From: a virus
Taxonomy: Duplodnaviria > Caudoviricetes
Virus record (IMG/VR): IMGVR_UViG_3300006193_000035
Location: 1-29,956 of that record
Strand: one strand, 5' to 3'
Length of the DNA stretch: 29,956 nt
Part shown: positions 16,832-26,364 of the stretch, piece after piece
Numbering within the stretch: the first letter of the stretch is position 1
Layout: each line of letters starts with the position of its first letter
Position numbers and translations under genes: made by a program
Notes under the pieces: generated by a model
Told to the model about the DNA's origin: nothing
The model's input: the letters and a program-made list of their open reading frames with translations, nothing else
The model's database searches: none

Positions 16832-17593
16832 TTAAGAGAACTTTTTCTCTATACTCTTGTATACTAGCATTCCTTCGTCAGTCTTAAACCAACTAGCTAA
16901 CGCTGAATACGGATGTTCATCAAATGGAACTGTCATTAGTTTTTTACCATTAGTGGCCCATTTAAATGTTTTTTGATCTTGTGATAAGGTAATTATACCT
17001 GATTCAGCAGCTCTAATTCCAAAGCTTCTGAGCTCTACATTTTCATCTTTAGCTAAACTTATGAATAATGCTGGGTTATTTTTAGCTAACAACATTAAGT
17101 CTCTTCTTAATTCCTTAGTTGTCATACTAGACACAACACTACCTAATTCAGTTCTAACTATAGCTTCAGCGTGATTCACGTCTAATGTCATAGCTAAGTT
17201 TAGTGCTTCTACTTCAAGCTCGATATTCTCTAGCTCATCTACAGCATCTGCAACTTCATCTTGTTCTAAATATGTATTAGATCTTTGTGGATGGTATAAA
17301 GATAAAAGCTTTTGTAGATTTTGCTTTTCTTTAGGAACCATTAAAACTCCATCTTTAAAAACAATATGAGCCAATGTTACTGGGCCTTCTTGTTCGTCTA
17401 CAAATGGAGATACTTTATTAGTAGCATATCTTAGTTCTCTTTCATAACCCAAAACTTCATCAAAGTAAAGAAGTGGAAATAGTTGAGAGTGTTTAGATGA
17501 TAAGGTAAATGTTAGTGGAGCTTTGCCATTATTAAGATAATACATTTTATCTTTGATCTCCCATTTTACTTGTGTTTTTTCTTTTGTCTTCAT
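16832..17593 (-). CDS. Phage protein of unknown function following the capsid gene (253 aa)
   Basis: Clean ORF with an A/T-rich leader, flanked by two hairpins; no motif allows a functional call. Confidence 0.8.
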   Translation of the reverse strand: MKTKEKTQVKWEIKDKMYYLNNGKAPLTFTLSSKHSQLFPLLYFDEVLGYERELRYATNKVSPFVDEQEGPVTLAHIVFKDGVLMVPKEKQNLQKLLSLYHPQRSNTYLEQDEVADAVDELENIELEVEALNLAMTLDVNHAEAIVRTELGSVVSSMTTKELRRDLMLLAKNNPALFISLAKDENVELRSFGIRAAESGIITLSQDQKTFKWATNGKKLMTVPFDEHPYSALASWFKTDEGMLVYKSIEKKFS

Positions 17594-17611
17594 AATATAA
17601 AATAAAATTTA

Positions 17612-17657
17612 ATAAAAAAAAGAAAACTTGAGGTCACTATTTGCGACCCCAAGTTTC
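17612..17657 (-). terminator. Intrinsic terminator after the major capsid gene
   Basis: Minus strand AAACTTGGGGTCGC-AAATA-GTGACCTCAAGTTT forms a 14-bp stem with 2 G-U pairs, followed by TCTTTTTTTT. Confidence 0.85.
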
Positions 17658-17672
17658 TTATAATAATAGTGC

Positions 17673-19133
17673 TTATGCAGCTCCTGTAAACAATACGAAA
17701 TTGTTAGCAGCTTGAGTAACTAAACATCTTTCAGATAAGAAGTTAACTCTCATTGCATCTAAATCAGAAGTAGCAGCGCCACCAACAGATCCAGTAATCC
17801 AAGACTTCATTCTACGATCATCAGCTTCAGAAGCTCTGTAGCGTACGTGTAAGAATGGACGACGGATATTAGTACCTAGCATTTGATCATAAACAGTACT
17901 TGTTCCAGCAGGAACTAATACTCCTTTGATATTATCAACTAAGCCTCTAGTTGTAGCGTCATTTAGATATTTCCAATCGGTTTTGTAAAAGTCATAAGAA
18001 CCTCTACGGAAACCAGCAAAACCTAAGTTCAATGCCATTTCTTCAGAGTTTTCAAATACACCGTAAGAAGTGCCGCCAGCTCCATAAGAGTTTTGCGCAG
18101 CTAACATATCATCAAAATCTAGAGCAGTAGATCTATCTAAGAACAACATGTTCTCTTCGATAGCTCCTTGCTTATCAAGGTTTTGAAGAATAAGATCGAA
18201 ATCAGCTAATGCGCTTCTAGTTCCAGCTCCGCCAACACCTGCACCACTTGCGTAGTTTTGGTATACATTGCCTCGCTCTTCAATAGCAGAGAATAAACCC
18301 TGAGTACCATCAACTGGTACTGTAGAAGGTCCTGCTCCTGTGAATTTCTTCTCTCCTTCAACAACTGCCATTTCTAAGTAATCTTGAAAACGTAGTCTAG
18401 TTTCGCCTTCAGACTTTAGATACCATAAATATCCATTTGTTCCATCTTCAGCAGCAACTTCAACCCAACCAATTTGTGCAGTATCAGATCCATTGATCTC
18501 ATAGGTGTCTTTAATTATAATAGGTTTGTTGTCAAATTGCTTAAATTGAGCGTCAAGAGAACCTTGCATTCCTACTGTTCCTTTTGCAAACTCAGAACCA
18601 TAAACAAATAAGTTCACGTTAACGTTTCCAATAGTAGCTAAAGTAGCGGTAGTGTACGACTTAACAGTTATAGCAGCGCCTGCTGATGTAACAACATAAC
18701 ATTTAAGTGTAACATCAGTTGCTGGATTAGTAACAACAATTGTGTTACCAACTCTAATTGCTGTTCCACCATTAGCGTCTAAAGCAGTGCCTGCGAATGT
18801 AATTGTTGATGTTGCAGTTGCAGCATTAGTAACAGTTACTAATCCAGCTGTTGAGCTTTCATATCCGATATGTAATCTCTCTTGTTCTGACCATACAATT
18901 TGATCTGAAGTCATTGGCATTTCAGCGCCAACCATACGTAAGAATCCAGATAAAGTTCTGTTTCCGTAACGTTCAACTTCTGCTTCGTAAATCTCTGGCA
19001 AATACTGTTGAGCAAAATCATTTGCTCCATCAGTAAAGCTTAAGTAATTTGATGCCAAAGTCATTTTCTGTGGCATAGGTGTGATGCTAAACTTACCGAG
19101 TGGGTCGTTAGCATCAGGAGTAAATTGTCCCAT
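17673..19133 (-). CDS. Major capsid protein (486 aa)
   Basis: Position after portal and scaffold, followed by a strong terminator. Motifs QQYLPEIYEAEVERYGNR, WSEQERLH, NKPIIIKD.YEING, GTQGLFSAIEERGN and FLSERCL are typical of this phage group's capsid proteins as I recall them. Confidence 0.85.
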   Translation of the reverse strand: MGQFTPDANDPLGKFSITPMPQKMTLASNYLSFTDGANDFAQQYLPEIYEAEVERYGNRTLSGFLRMVGAEMPMTSDQIVWSEQERLHIGYESSTAGLVTVTNAATATSTITFAGTALDANGGTAIRVGNTIVVTNPATDVTLKCYVVTSAGAAITVKSYTTATLATIGNVNVNLFVYGSEFAKGTVGMQGSLDAQFKQFDNKPIIIKDTYEINGSDTAQIGWVEVAAEDGTNGYLWYLKSEGETRLRFQDYLEMAVVEGEKKFTGAGPSTVPVDGTQGLFSAIEERGNVYQNYASGAGVGGAGTRSALADFDLILQNLDKQGAIEENMLFLDRSTALDFDDMLAAQNSYGAGGTSYGVFENSEEMALNLGFAGFRRGSYDFYKTDWKYLNDATTRGLVDNIKGVLVPAGTSTVYDQMLGTNIRRPFLHVRYRASEADDRRMKSWITGSVGGAATSDLDAMRVNFLSERCLVTQAANNFVLFTGAA

Positions 19134-19145
19134 TTTTTTGTTTTT

Positions 19146-20345
19146 TTAATTGTTAAATTTTGATTTTTTAATTCTAAGTTTCGAAGAATCCACTCCATTT
19201 ACAGACTTAACTCTTAGACCATTAATAAAAACACTGTCGCTTGCTGCTTGTCTAGGCTTATCAGATATGTTCTTAGAACTACTGACAACGTCTTTTATAG
19301 CATCGGCTTTACCTTGTTCGTAAAAATGATTAACAATCTTGTCTACATTTGAAGCTGCATATAAAGCCTTGTGGTAACTTTTTTGATCTACTATCTCACC
19401 TTTCTTGCCTAGAAACTTTCCGACAAAGTTTGATATATTAGATTGTTCTTCAGCTACCTTACTAGGGTTGTTAATGTTATACCTAAATTTTTTCTCTCCA
19501 ACCTCGAAATCAAAACCTTTGAAATCATTGTTTAGTAATTCAGATGTACCTTTTTGAAACCTTTGTAGTTTGTCATTGGCTATTTGCTTCTCTTCATTAT
19601 ATCGGTTAAAGAAGTCTACAGCTTTTTTCTGCTCTTGAGTTACGCCCGGTCTTAACTTAATCTCGTCGTAGTATTTACTCTTCAAGTCTTTCAAAAAGCC
19701 TTTGGCTTCTGCAACTTCTTCTTTAAACGCAAGCTTTTTCTTACGTATTTCTCTTTCCTCGTCAATTTCTTCGTCATATTCGAATTTATCTTCCAGTATA
19801 AAGGATATTTCCTCCTCATCTAAATGAGGTTTATTTTTTCTGTAATATTCTTTTAACAAAGTCTTACTATCGATGTCGTCGTAGTTAGCATTTAATCTAA
19901 CATAGTCTTCAATGTCACCACCTGTCTCATCCATAAAAGAAACAAGTTTCTCTATGTTTTCAGGTAAAGGCTTATTAACCTCTTTTGACTCTTCTACAGT
20001 ATCAGCTATTACTTCTTTTTCTTCTTCTTCGTCTGTTATTTCTTGGAGCACTTGCACCCCATCATCTGAAGCGGTGTCTTTGACATCATCGGTGGGCCGT
20101 ACTTCTTCAACCACGTTTTCGCTGTCTTTACTGTCTTCGGATTTTCCGATAGTATCATTGCTTGCATCTGTGCTTTGTTCTTGAACGGCATCTTGTGATT
20201 TTATTTCAACCCTAGTAACTTCAGGTTCTATTTCTTTTTTAGCAGATAAATCTACTTTAACTACCTCTGGTTGTTTAACCAGTTTTTTCATAGAAGGTTT
20301 CTTTTTAATTTTAAAATCCCCCTCTTGTTTTACTTCTTCTGACAT
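19146..20345 (-). CDS. Putative capsid scaffolding protein (399 aa)
   Basis: Acidic, low-complexity N-terminal third and a helical remainder (HFYEQGKADA); lies between portal and capsid. Confidence 0.65.
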   Translation of the reverse strand: MSEEVKQEGDFKIKKKPSMKKLVKQPEVVKVDLSAKKEIEPEVTRVEIKSQDAVQEQSTDASNDTIGKSEDSKDSENVVEEVRPTDDVKDTASDDGVQVLQEITDEEEEKEVIADTVEESKEVNKPLPENIEKLVSFMDETGGDIEDYVRLNANYDDIDSKTLLKEYYRKNKPHLDEEEISFILEDKFEYDEEIDEEREIRKKKLAFKEEVAEAKGFLKDLKSKYYDEIKLRPGVTQEQKKAVDFFNRYNEEKQIANDKLQRFQKGTSELLNNDFKGFDFEVGEKKFRYNINNPSKVAEEQSNISNFVGKFLGKKGEIVDQKSYHKALYAASNVDKIVNHFYEQGKADAIKDVVSSSKNISDKPRQAASDSVFINGLRVKSVNGVDSSKLRIKKSKFNN

Positions 20346-20372
20346 AATATAATATAATATAAATTAAAAAAA

Positions 20373-22775
20373 TTATCTTGGACCAAACTGGTCTAAACCA
20401 AATCCACCTAAAGTATCATTACCTGCTGACTCAAAGTTCTTTGGTAATAAATCATTTTGTCTTTGATCTATTAATTCAGACTGTTGAGTACCTTGTATTT
20501 TTACTCTTTTGTCTTTTCTATCTTCAATCTCTTTCTCTTTGACATTCTCAGCATTAGCTCTTACTTGCGCAAGCTTAATGTTAAAATTAAACTCTTCTTC
20601 CATTAAGTCCCTTTTAATTTGAGCCTCGGTTTGCATTCTTTGTATCTCAAATTGTGACTTAGCTTGTTCAATACTAACCTTTTCAGCTGTTAACGCTTGT
20701 TGTTTCTGTACCTCTGCTAAAGCAGATCTCTCTGATGCCTCAGCATTAGCTTGAGCTTGCATCTGTATATTAGCCTGCTGAGCTTCTTGGGCAGCTTGTT
20801 GCTTTCTTTTTCTTCTTTGCTTAAGCATCTCATTAGCTAACTGTATGTTGTTAACTTGCCTAATATCTATAGCATCTTCTAAATCAATACCACCAGACTG
20901 AAGAGCAACCTGTATGTTTTGTTCTAATTGCCCTTTAACTTGTTCCTCTGGTTCTAATTCTAAGAATATACCAAAGTCGTGTAAGTTTAGATTTTTTATT
21001 TCATTCAGAGTACCAACGTTATATCTTGATATACTATTCTCTAGTGAATCAGCTGTCAATGCAAAGTCTAATGAATCAGCAATGCGCATAGAGATGTTTT
21101 CGCATGCTCTAAGCGTTATATAACTGCTTGCCTGTAATATGTGTCTAGTTGCTACGTTTGATTGATTAGCGGCTAACTTTTGAAGTCCGACTAAAGCATC
21201 TTTATCTGGCATAGAACCATCTCTTGCTTCATTTAGCCCTGTTACATCTCTTATCATCTGTAAGTAGTATTGATAAGTCTGTATCAATGCAGCTATTTTT
21301 GCTTGCCCGCTAGATGACTGTAATTCTTGAATAGGTACTTTACCTCTATTTAATTCACCGTCTTGGGTTAAAGATCTACCTAATATACTACCGGTTTGGA
21401 AGTACATATTTAACGCTTCTGCAGGGTTGTAATTAGTTCCATTACCTAAGTCAACTTCGGCTAAGCCATCTACATCTAAGAACACTCCATCTGGAACCAT
21501 TCTAGACATTATTTGCTGTAACTTTAAATGTGTTAGCTGAATCATATCAGCAAACCCTGTTACTTTGCTTACTATAGAATCTATCCTACCTCTGTACATT
21601 CTTGGTGCAGATATAACATAGTTCATTTCAACTTTTGTAGTATCGGCAAAAGGCCTAGTCATATTCTCAGCTAACTCCCACTTAAGCATAGTGTTGGTAC
21701 CTAGCACCTTAGCTCCACTATATAAAACCTCTATACTTCTAGATACTTTCTTGAATGTATCGTTCTCAGGTGGATTAAATGAATCTGTCTTTTGTATGGC
21801 TTTCTCTAGGCCATTTGCCCCTTGTTTTATTTTAAATACTTGATTGTTATAAGTCTTATATTCAAAGTATAAAATTTGAACAGAGTTTTCATCGTAATTA
21901 CTCCAACCAGTTACTTGCCTATTACCAGGCATTTTTTCTATTCTTTTAAGCTCGTCTTCTGGTATGTTTGGAAATTCTTTCTTCAGTTCTGGTATAGACA
22001 CTGACTTTACCTCACCAACATAATATATGTCTTCAAAATTAGGATCATCAGTATAGGAATGAATTATGTTTGCAGGATCACAGTACTCAACTAAAACACC
22101 ATTAGCCTTGTTCCAAGTTGTTTTAACAACTCCAATACCTAATACAGTTAAATCGTAATTAAATCTTTTTCTTGTTTCGTCAAATTTGTTTTTAGCTAAA
22201 ACTTGATTGATAACCTCTTCCTCAGCTATTTCTATGGATTGCTTATAATCCATTTGCATGTGTAAAGATAATTCTTCTTTATTTTGAGGTAGACTATCTG
22301 GGTCAGTTGTTGAGAATCCATTAATACCAATCTGCTCATTAAGTGCAATTAATTCTTCCTTTGCTAGCATGTCTTGAAATACAGACTCAGCATACTTAGT
22401 TCTTTTTTGTACAGACTCTGGATCTTGAGCATATGCTTTTATATCAAAAGACTTTTCAGTCATACCATTAGCTACTATATCTACAAACTTAGATATAACA
22501 GGTACTGGCTTCCAGTCTAAATTTAAGTAAGACAAATCGCCGTTAATAGCTAATTCATCTTTATATTTTTGTACAGGTTGTTCACCTCTAGCATATAGTC
22601 TTAGTGAGTGGAATCTATTAAAGTTCTGTGAAAACCTATTGCCTTGTCCACCTTGTCTAAACCACTCTGACTCGATGGCACGTCCAATTTGAACACCATA
22701 ATCAAAGCTTGATTTTTCTTCGTCACTAACTACTTGGCTAGGAAATACACTATTTGGATTTGCGCCTACAATCAT
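20373..22775 (-). CDS. Portal protein (800 aa)
   Basis: Directly follows the terminase. LRLYARGEQ, LNLDWKPVPVISKFVDIV and IRDVTGLNEARDG motifs, and a long Gln/Ala-rich C-terminal coiled coil (barrel) as in podoviral portals. Confidence 0.85.
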   Translation of the reverse strand: MIVGANPNSVFPSQVVSDEEKSSFDYGVQIGRAIESEWFRQGGQGNRFSQNFNRFHSLRLYARGEQPVQKYKDELAINGDLSYLNLDWKPVPVISKFVDIVANGMTEKSFDIKAYAQDPESVQKRTKYAESVFQDMLAKEELIALNEQIGINGFSTTDPDSLPQNKEELSLHMQMDYKQSIEIAEEEVINQVLAKNKFDETRKRFNYDLTVLGIGVVKTTWNKANGVLVEYCDPANIIHSYTDDPNFEDIYYVGEVKSVSIPELKKEFPNIPEDELKRIEKMPGNRQVTGWSNYDENSVQILYFEYKTYNNQVFKIKQGANGLEKAIQKTDSFNPPENDTFKKVSRSIEVLYSGAKVLGTNTMLKWELAENMTRPFADTTKVEMNYVISAPRMYRGRIDSIVSKVTGFADMIQLTHLKLQQIMSRMVPDGVFLDVDGLAEVDLGNGTNYNPAEALNMYFQTGSILGRSLTQDGELNRGKVPIQELQSSSGQAKIAALIQTYQYYLQMIRDVTGLNEARDGSMPDKDALVGLQKLAANQSNVATRHILQASSYITLRACENISMRIADSLDFALTADSLENSISRYNVGTLNEIKNLNLHDFGIFLELEPEEQVKGQLEQNIQVALQSGGIDLEDAIDIRQVNNIQLANEMLKQRRKRKQQAAQEAQQANIQMQAQANAEASERSALAEVQKQQALTAEKVSIEQAKSQFEIQRMQTEAQIKRDLMEEEFNFNIKLAQVRANAENVKEKEIEDRKDKRVKIQGTQQSELIDQRQNDLLPKNFESAGNDTLGGFGLDQFGPR

Positions 22776-24989
22776 TTAATTTTTTATTTTTGAAATATGT
22801 CCAGTATTGTCGTACATCTTAAGTCCTAGATTTATATTTTTTCTTACTATTCTATTAATTGGTGCATATCTATTTCTATTACAAGCCATTATAGCTAATC
22901 CAGAACTTATAGATGCATCATGCTTTGTTCTATTATTTATATCAAACCTAGACCAATCCTCTAGTGTTCTTTGAAAGTATACGTCTCCTATTTCATCATC
23001 ACCTAGTATTCCTACTAGTTCCTCTATATAAGTCTCGATAGCAGCAGCATGAGCTTGCTTTATATCTTCACTTGAATTAGGTATTCCACCTATCTCTCTT
23101 TCTGTAACTGATAGCTTATTGTAATTTTTATCAGGTCTATTCATTGAAAAACCTCTATAACCTCTTCTCTTGAAGTGATATAGAAGTCTAGGTTTGTTGT
23201 TTTCTGCTAGTATAGGCATGCCATAAAATATACAAGCCATTAATACATCCTCAAAAAATATCTCAGCAGTTTGAGGTCTAGATATGTATTCTAAAAAAAA
23301 GTGGTTAGATGGTGCGTCTTCCATGCTAAACTTAGTTAAGCCATGCAATGCACCATTAGAACCTCTTCTGTCTACTGTACCAGATATATCATAACTATCA
23401 CAGCCAAATGCACCTAGATGTTCATTTCCAGGATGCTTAGATTCACCTTTATTTACAATTCTATTTTGTAGATTCCTTGGTGGTATCCAAGTAACATAAA
23501 ATCTGCCGCTATTACTTGGCATAAACATTACTCTAGTATCTTTAATACCATTCTCCCATTGGAAGTTACCCTTGGTAACTAAACCACTTGCGGTCATAGA
23601 TTCATTATGATCTATCTGCTGGTATATTTTAGCTAAGTTAAATAAAGACTCCTTAGCTTCGTCTCTAAATGCGTGTTGCTCTGTTCTTGGAAACTGTCGA
23701 TAGAATTCATTTAAACCATCTTGGTCTTCTTTTAATCCATCAACTTCGTTATTCCAGTAGTCAATGACTCCTTGTGTAATAACTGTTCCATACGGATCCT
23801 TAACTGGTCTCTCTGGCGTATCGAATACAGGTAATCCATAAGCATCAATGTATCCTTCGTAATTCCACTCCATAGGTATGAACAAAGAGTATAATCCAGA
23901 AGCAGTCTGTCCGTTACTGTTTCTTCTTGTGACGTCTGAGGCATTATATAATTTTTTAAAGTTTTCACCGCCTTTATCTAAAGCGTTTGATGTTGAACCC
24001 ATCATACACTTACCAACTATTCTACTACCAAGTCTCAGGCAGGTTTTAGTTACCCTCCAGTTGTTAAGTATATTATTAGGTCTTTCCCATTTTCCAGACT
24101 CATCATGAGCTAGTAATTTTAGTTTCTCTCCATCATAGGAGTTGTCACCAGTATTCTTCCAGTCAATAGTAGTGTCCAACCCATCCAGATCTTCTGGTCT
24201 ATCGTTAGTATCAAGTTTCCTTCTTGTAAGTTTTGAGGCTGGTACTCTATAAGCAAGCTCTGTCTTCGGTCTGTCCATACCATCTTGTATGGGTTTAAAA
24301 AAGAATGGGTAGTTGACTGATATAGGCACGACCTTATCTGTAAACATCTTTTTTGCATCAGGTCCTGATTTAGATAGAATACCGTATCTTGAGTCAGTTG
24401 ACATTGTTGCAAGATTAACAATTTCTCCAGATGACATGAATGAAAAGCCACTCCGTCTATTCTTGAGGTAACACATTCCAAAGCATCTTGTATCTGCTTT
24501 ACAGGCTTCCCAGAATATATAGAAAAGTCTGTTCGACTCTCTGAAGTCTGGCTCGCCAACATCAATTTTTGACCATTGCAAGTACATGTAGTGAGAACCA
24601 GTAATGTAAGTAGGATTTCCGTTATTATTAAACCAAAACCCGTTTTCGCGTCTCTCGAACTCTTTCTCAATATAATCATACCATTCTTCCTTGAAGTCGT
24701 CAGCATATTCTTTCCAATCAAATATAGTTTTAATTCTATTTAATTCTTTTGGATATTCAGTCTTACCCCATTTCTTGCTTTTAAAGTTGTGAGTGTCAAA
24801 CTCAGCTGGCAAAGCTATCTTAAGGTTTTGTATTTCGTATACCTCACCTATTTCACCAGTTTTACTTATAACAATTATATCATGGTCCTCATCGTATCCA
24901 TACTTCCAGGATTTATACCTGTTACGTTTTTTCAACGTAGATGGCTTTACGTGGTTATGTAGTACTTTATATAAACTTTGCTCGTACAT
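22776..24989 (-). CDS. terL: Terminase large subunit (737 aa)
   Basis: Walker A-like LKNRRSGFS, Walker B LLAHDESGKW, coupling motif MGSTSN, and RNase H-like nuclease motifs FGCDSYD, LAENNKP and HDASISSG. Confidence 0.92.
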   Translation of the reverse strand: MYEQSLYKVLHNHVKPSTLKKRNRYKSWKYGYDEDHDIIVISKTGEIGEVYEIQNLKIALPAEFDTHNFKSKKWGKTEYPKELNRIKTIFDWKEYADDFKEEWYDYIEKEFERRENGFWFNNNGNPTYITGSHYMYLQWSKIDVGEPDFRESNRLFYIFWEACKADTRCFGMCYLKNRRSGFSFMSSGEIVNLATMSTDSRYGILSKSGPDAKKMFTDKVVPISVNYPFFFKPIQDGMDRPKTELAYRVPASKLTRRKLDTNDRPEDLDGLDTTIDWKNTGDNSYDGEKLKLLAHDESGKWERPNNILNNWRVTKTCLRLGSRIVGKCMMGSTSNALDKGGENFKKLYNASDVTRRNSNGQTASGLYSLFIPMEWNYEGYIDAYGLPVFDTPERPVKDPYGTVITQGVIDYWNNEVDGLKEDQDGLNEFYRQFPRTEQHAFRDEAKESLFNLAKIYQQIDHNESMTASGLVTKGNFQWENGIKDTRVMFMPSNSGRFYVTWIPPRNLQNRIVNKGESKHPGNEHLGAFGCDSYDISGTVDRRGSNGALHGLTKFSMEDAPSNHFFLEYISRPQTAEIFFEDVLMACIFYGMPILAENNKPRLLYHFKRRGYRGFSMNRPDKNYNKLSVTEREIGGIPNSSEDIKQAHAAAIETYIEELVGILGDDEIGDVYFQRTLEDWSRFDINNRTKHDASISSGLAIMACNRNRYAPINRIVRKNINLGLKMYDNTGHISKIKN

Positions 24990-24990
24990 A

Positions 24991-25275
24991 CTAACCTATT
25001 TTAGCTCTACCCTCAGCAAAGCCTTTGAAGTTACTTTGTTTCTTGCTCTCTTGTTTTTTACCTTCATCTAGCATCGACTCTTCCTCTTGTATTCTATTTA
25101 ATATCTCGAAAGCATCAAATATTGCTAGCTTCTTAGTTGCTGCTGCATTCTTTAGTCTGTCAGCTGTTATATCTTCTCCGCTATCAACGATAGCTTCTTT
25201 AGCAACCTTTATTAGTTCCTCAACTGCTTTCTGCCCAGCTAGGATTATACTCTTCTTCGTTTCCTTTACGTTCAT
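24991..25275 (-). CDS. Small helical protein, possible terminase small subunit (94 aa)
   Basis: Ends 1 nt before the terL start; helical composition. Function inferred from position only. Confidence 0.5.
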   Translation of the reverse strand: MNVKETKKSIILAGQKAVEELIKVAKEAIVDSGEDITADRLKNAAATKKLAIFDAFEILNRIQEEESMLDEGKKQESKKQSNFKGFAEGRAKIG

Positions 25276-25816
25276 GCTTGGCTACAATGTTATTTAATTT
25301 CATACAATATAATAATTCTCCATCTATAACAAACTCAAATTCAGATGTTGGTCTAAAGGAAACCAAGTCCTCTTCGTTCACATCAAGTGAATCTAATTGT
25401 TTGTTGCCGTATTTTAAAACCCCTAATAGTGGCCTCTCTTTAGTTAAAACAAAAATATCATAGTTAACTAAGGGTTTTACAAAACAATAGTCTAGATGTG
25501 CTCTATTGTCTCCGTACATGTATATCTGATCTACAGAACAGGCATATAAGTCTTCTTTGATAAAACTTCTGCTGTTTTTCTCAACACCTCTTATATCGTA
25601 GAATCTTCTAAACACGTTGTGGTGAACAATCACTTTGTCACCAATCTTTATGTCTGTGTCTATTAGTATAGGCAACGCAACAACCTCGGCTACTTTACTT
25701 ACACTTTTGAATTCCTCTATTCTCGTATTGGTTATGAGATCTACATCACCAACTTTTACTGTGTTATTGTACCTACTATCAATAGGTTTGACAATGAAGT
25801 CATGTATGCTTCTCAT
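25220..25816 (-). CDS. GroES/Cpn10-like protein with two tandem domains (198 aa)
   Basis: Two units: DFIVKP...AEVVALP...IKIGDKVIVH and DYCFVKP...GVLKYG...VNEEDLVSF...FVIDGELLYCMKLNNIVA, each echoing GroES strands. Confidence 0.7.
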   Translation of the reverse strand: MRSIHDFIVKPIDSRYNNTVKVGDVDLITNTRIEEFKSVSKVAEVVALPILIDTDIKIGDKVIVHHNVFRRFYDIRGVEKNSRSFIKEDLYACSVDQIYMYGDNRAHLDYCFVKPLVNYDIFVLTKERPLLGVLKYGNKQLDSLDVNEEDLVSFRPTSEFEFVIDGELLYCMKLNNIVAKHERKGNEEEYNPSWAESS

Positions 25817-25902
25817 ATTGTATCAAGAATAATCTTTACAACTACCATTAATAAAACACCAAATACAAATCCTGCGAAAAAATAATCCTCAGCTTTTTTC
25901 AT
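25813..25902 (-). CDS. Single-pass membrane micropeptide (29 aa; MKKAEDYFFAGFVFGVLLMVVVKIILDTI)
   Basis: ATG at 25902; its TGA overlaps the next gene's ATG (ATGA, 25816..25813). It fills the gap between two genes and has a roughly 20-aa hydrophobic run. Too short for the ORF track. Confidence 0.65.
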   Translation of the reverse strand: MKKAEDYFFAGFVFGVLLMVVVKIILDTI

Positions 25903-26128
25903 TGTACTGTAAGTCATACTCAACTGATATAGCCATATTAGAGTTGAATTTCTTCCACGGTAATATTTCGTTATCCTTCTTTATATAAATGTTATAAGAG
26001 TTATCTTTCTCTTCAAAGAGAATATTAGATATTTCATGACCTCCATATACTTGCTGTAAAACAGCATAATGCATTGCATCGCTTTTGTAGTCAGCTCCTA
26101 TGCTGATCTTTCTTATAACACTTGACAT
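25889..26128 (-). CDS. Hypothetical phage protein (79 aa)
   Basis: Coupled to the upstream stop (TAATG); IRKISIG...MHY...WKKF...ISVEYD pattern. Confidence 0.75.
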   Translation of the reverse strand: MSSVIRKISIGADYKSDAMHYAVLQQVYGGHEISNILFEEKDNSYNIYIKKDNEILPWKKFNSNMAISVEYDLQYNEKS

Positions 26129-26364
26129 TACTTACTAGCTTCTTCCTCTATAGCGGTAAAACTACCATCCTCAAGGTTAATATTAACACGGCCGTAATCT
26201 TTTTCTAATTCATTCTTCGTAGCCTCAACCTCTTTGCTGATCTCAACGAAAATATTCATTACTTCATGTTTTCTAATTTCTAAAGTTCCTAAGTCTTGCT
26301 TAACTTCAGCTATTTTAGTTTGCTGGTCTCGGATTGTTTTTAACTCTTCGTCAGTAATTCTCAT
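26128..26364 (-). CDS. Hypothetical coiled-coil protein (78 aa)
   Basis: Heptad-like helix ending in LEKDYGRVNINLEDGSF; A/T-rich leader. Confidence 0.75.
   Translation of the reverse strand: MRITDEELKTIRDQQTKIAEVKQDLGTLEIRKHEVMNIFVEISKEVEATKNELEKDYGRVNINLEDGSFTAIEEEASK

Noticed and set aside
23732-23968. 78-aa nested ORF in terL as an independent gene
   Set aside because: Short, no recognisable features, and within chance expectation; mentioned only as context for the 200-codon nested frame.
24440-24470. Walker A reading GFS instead of GKS/T, suggesting an inactive terminase
   Set aside because: The K-x-R-R-x-G-x-S variant is a known deviant P-loop in this type of terminase, and all other ATPase and nuclease motifs are intact.
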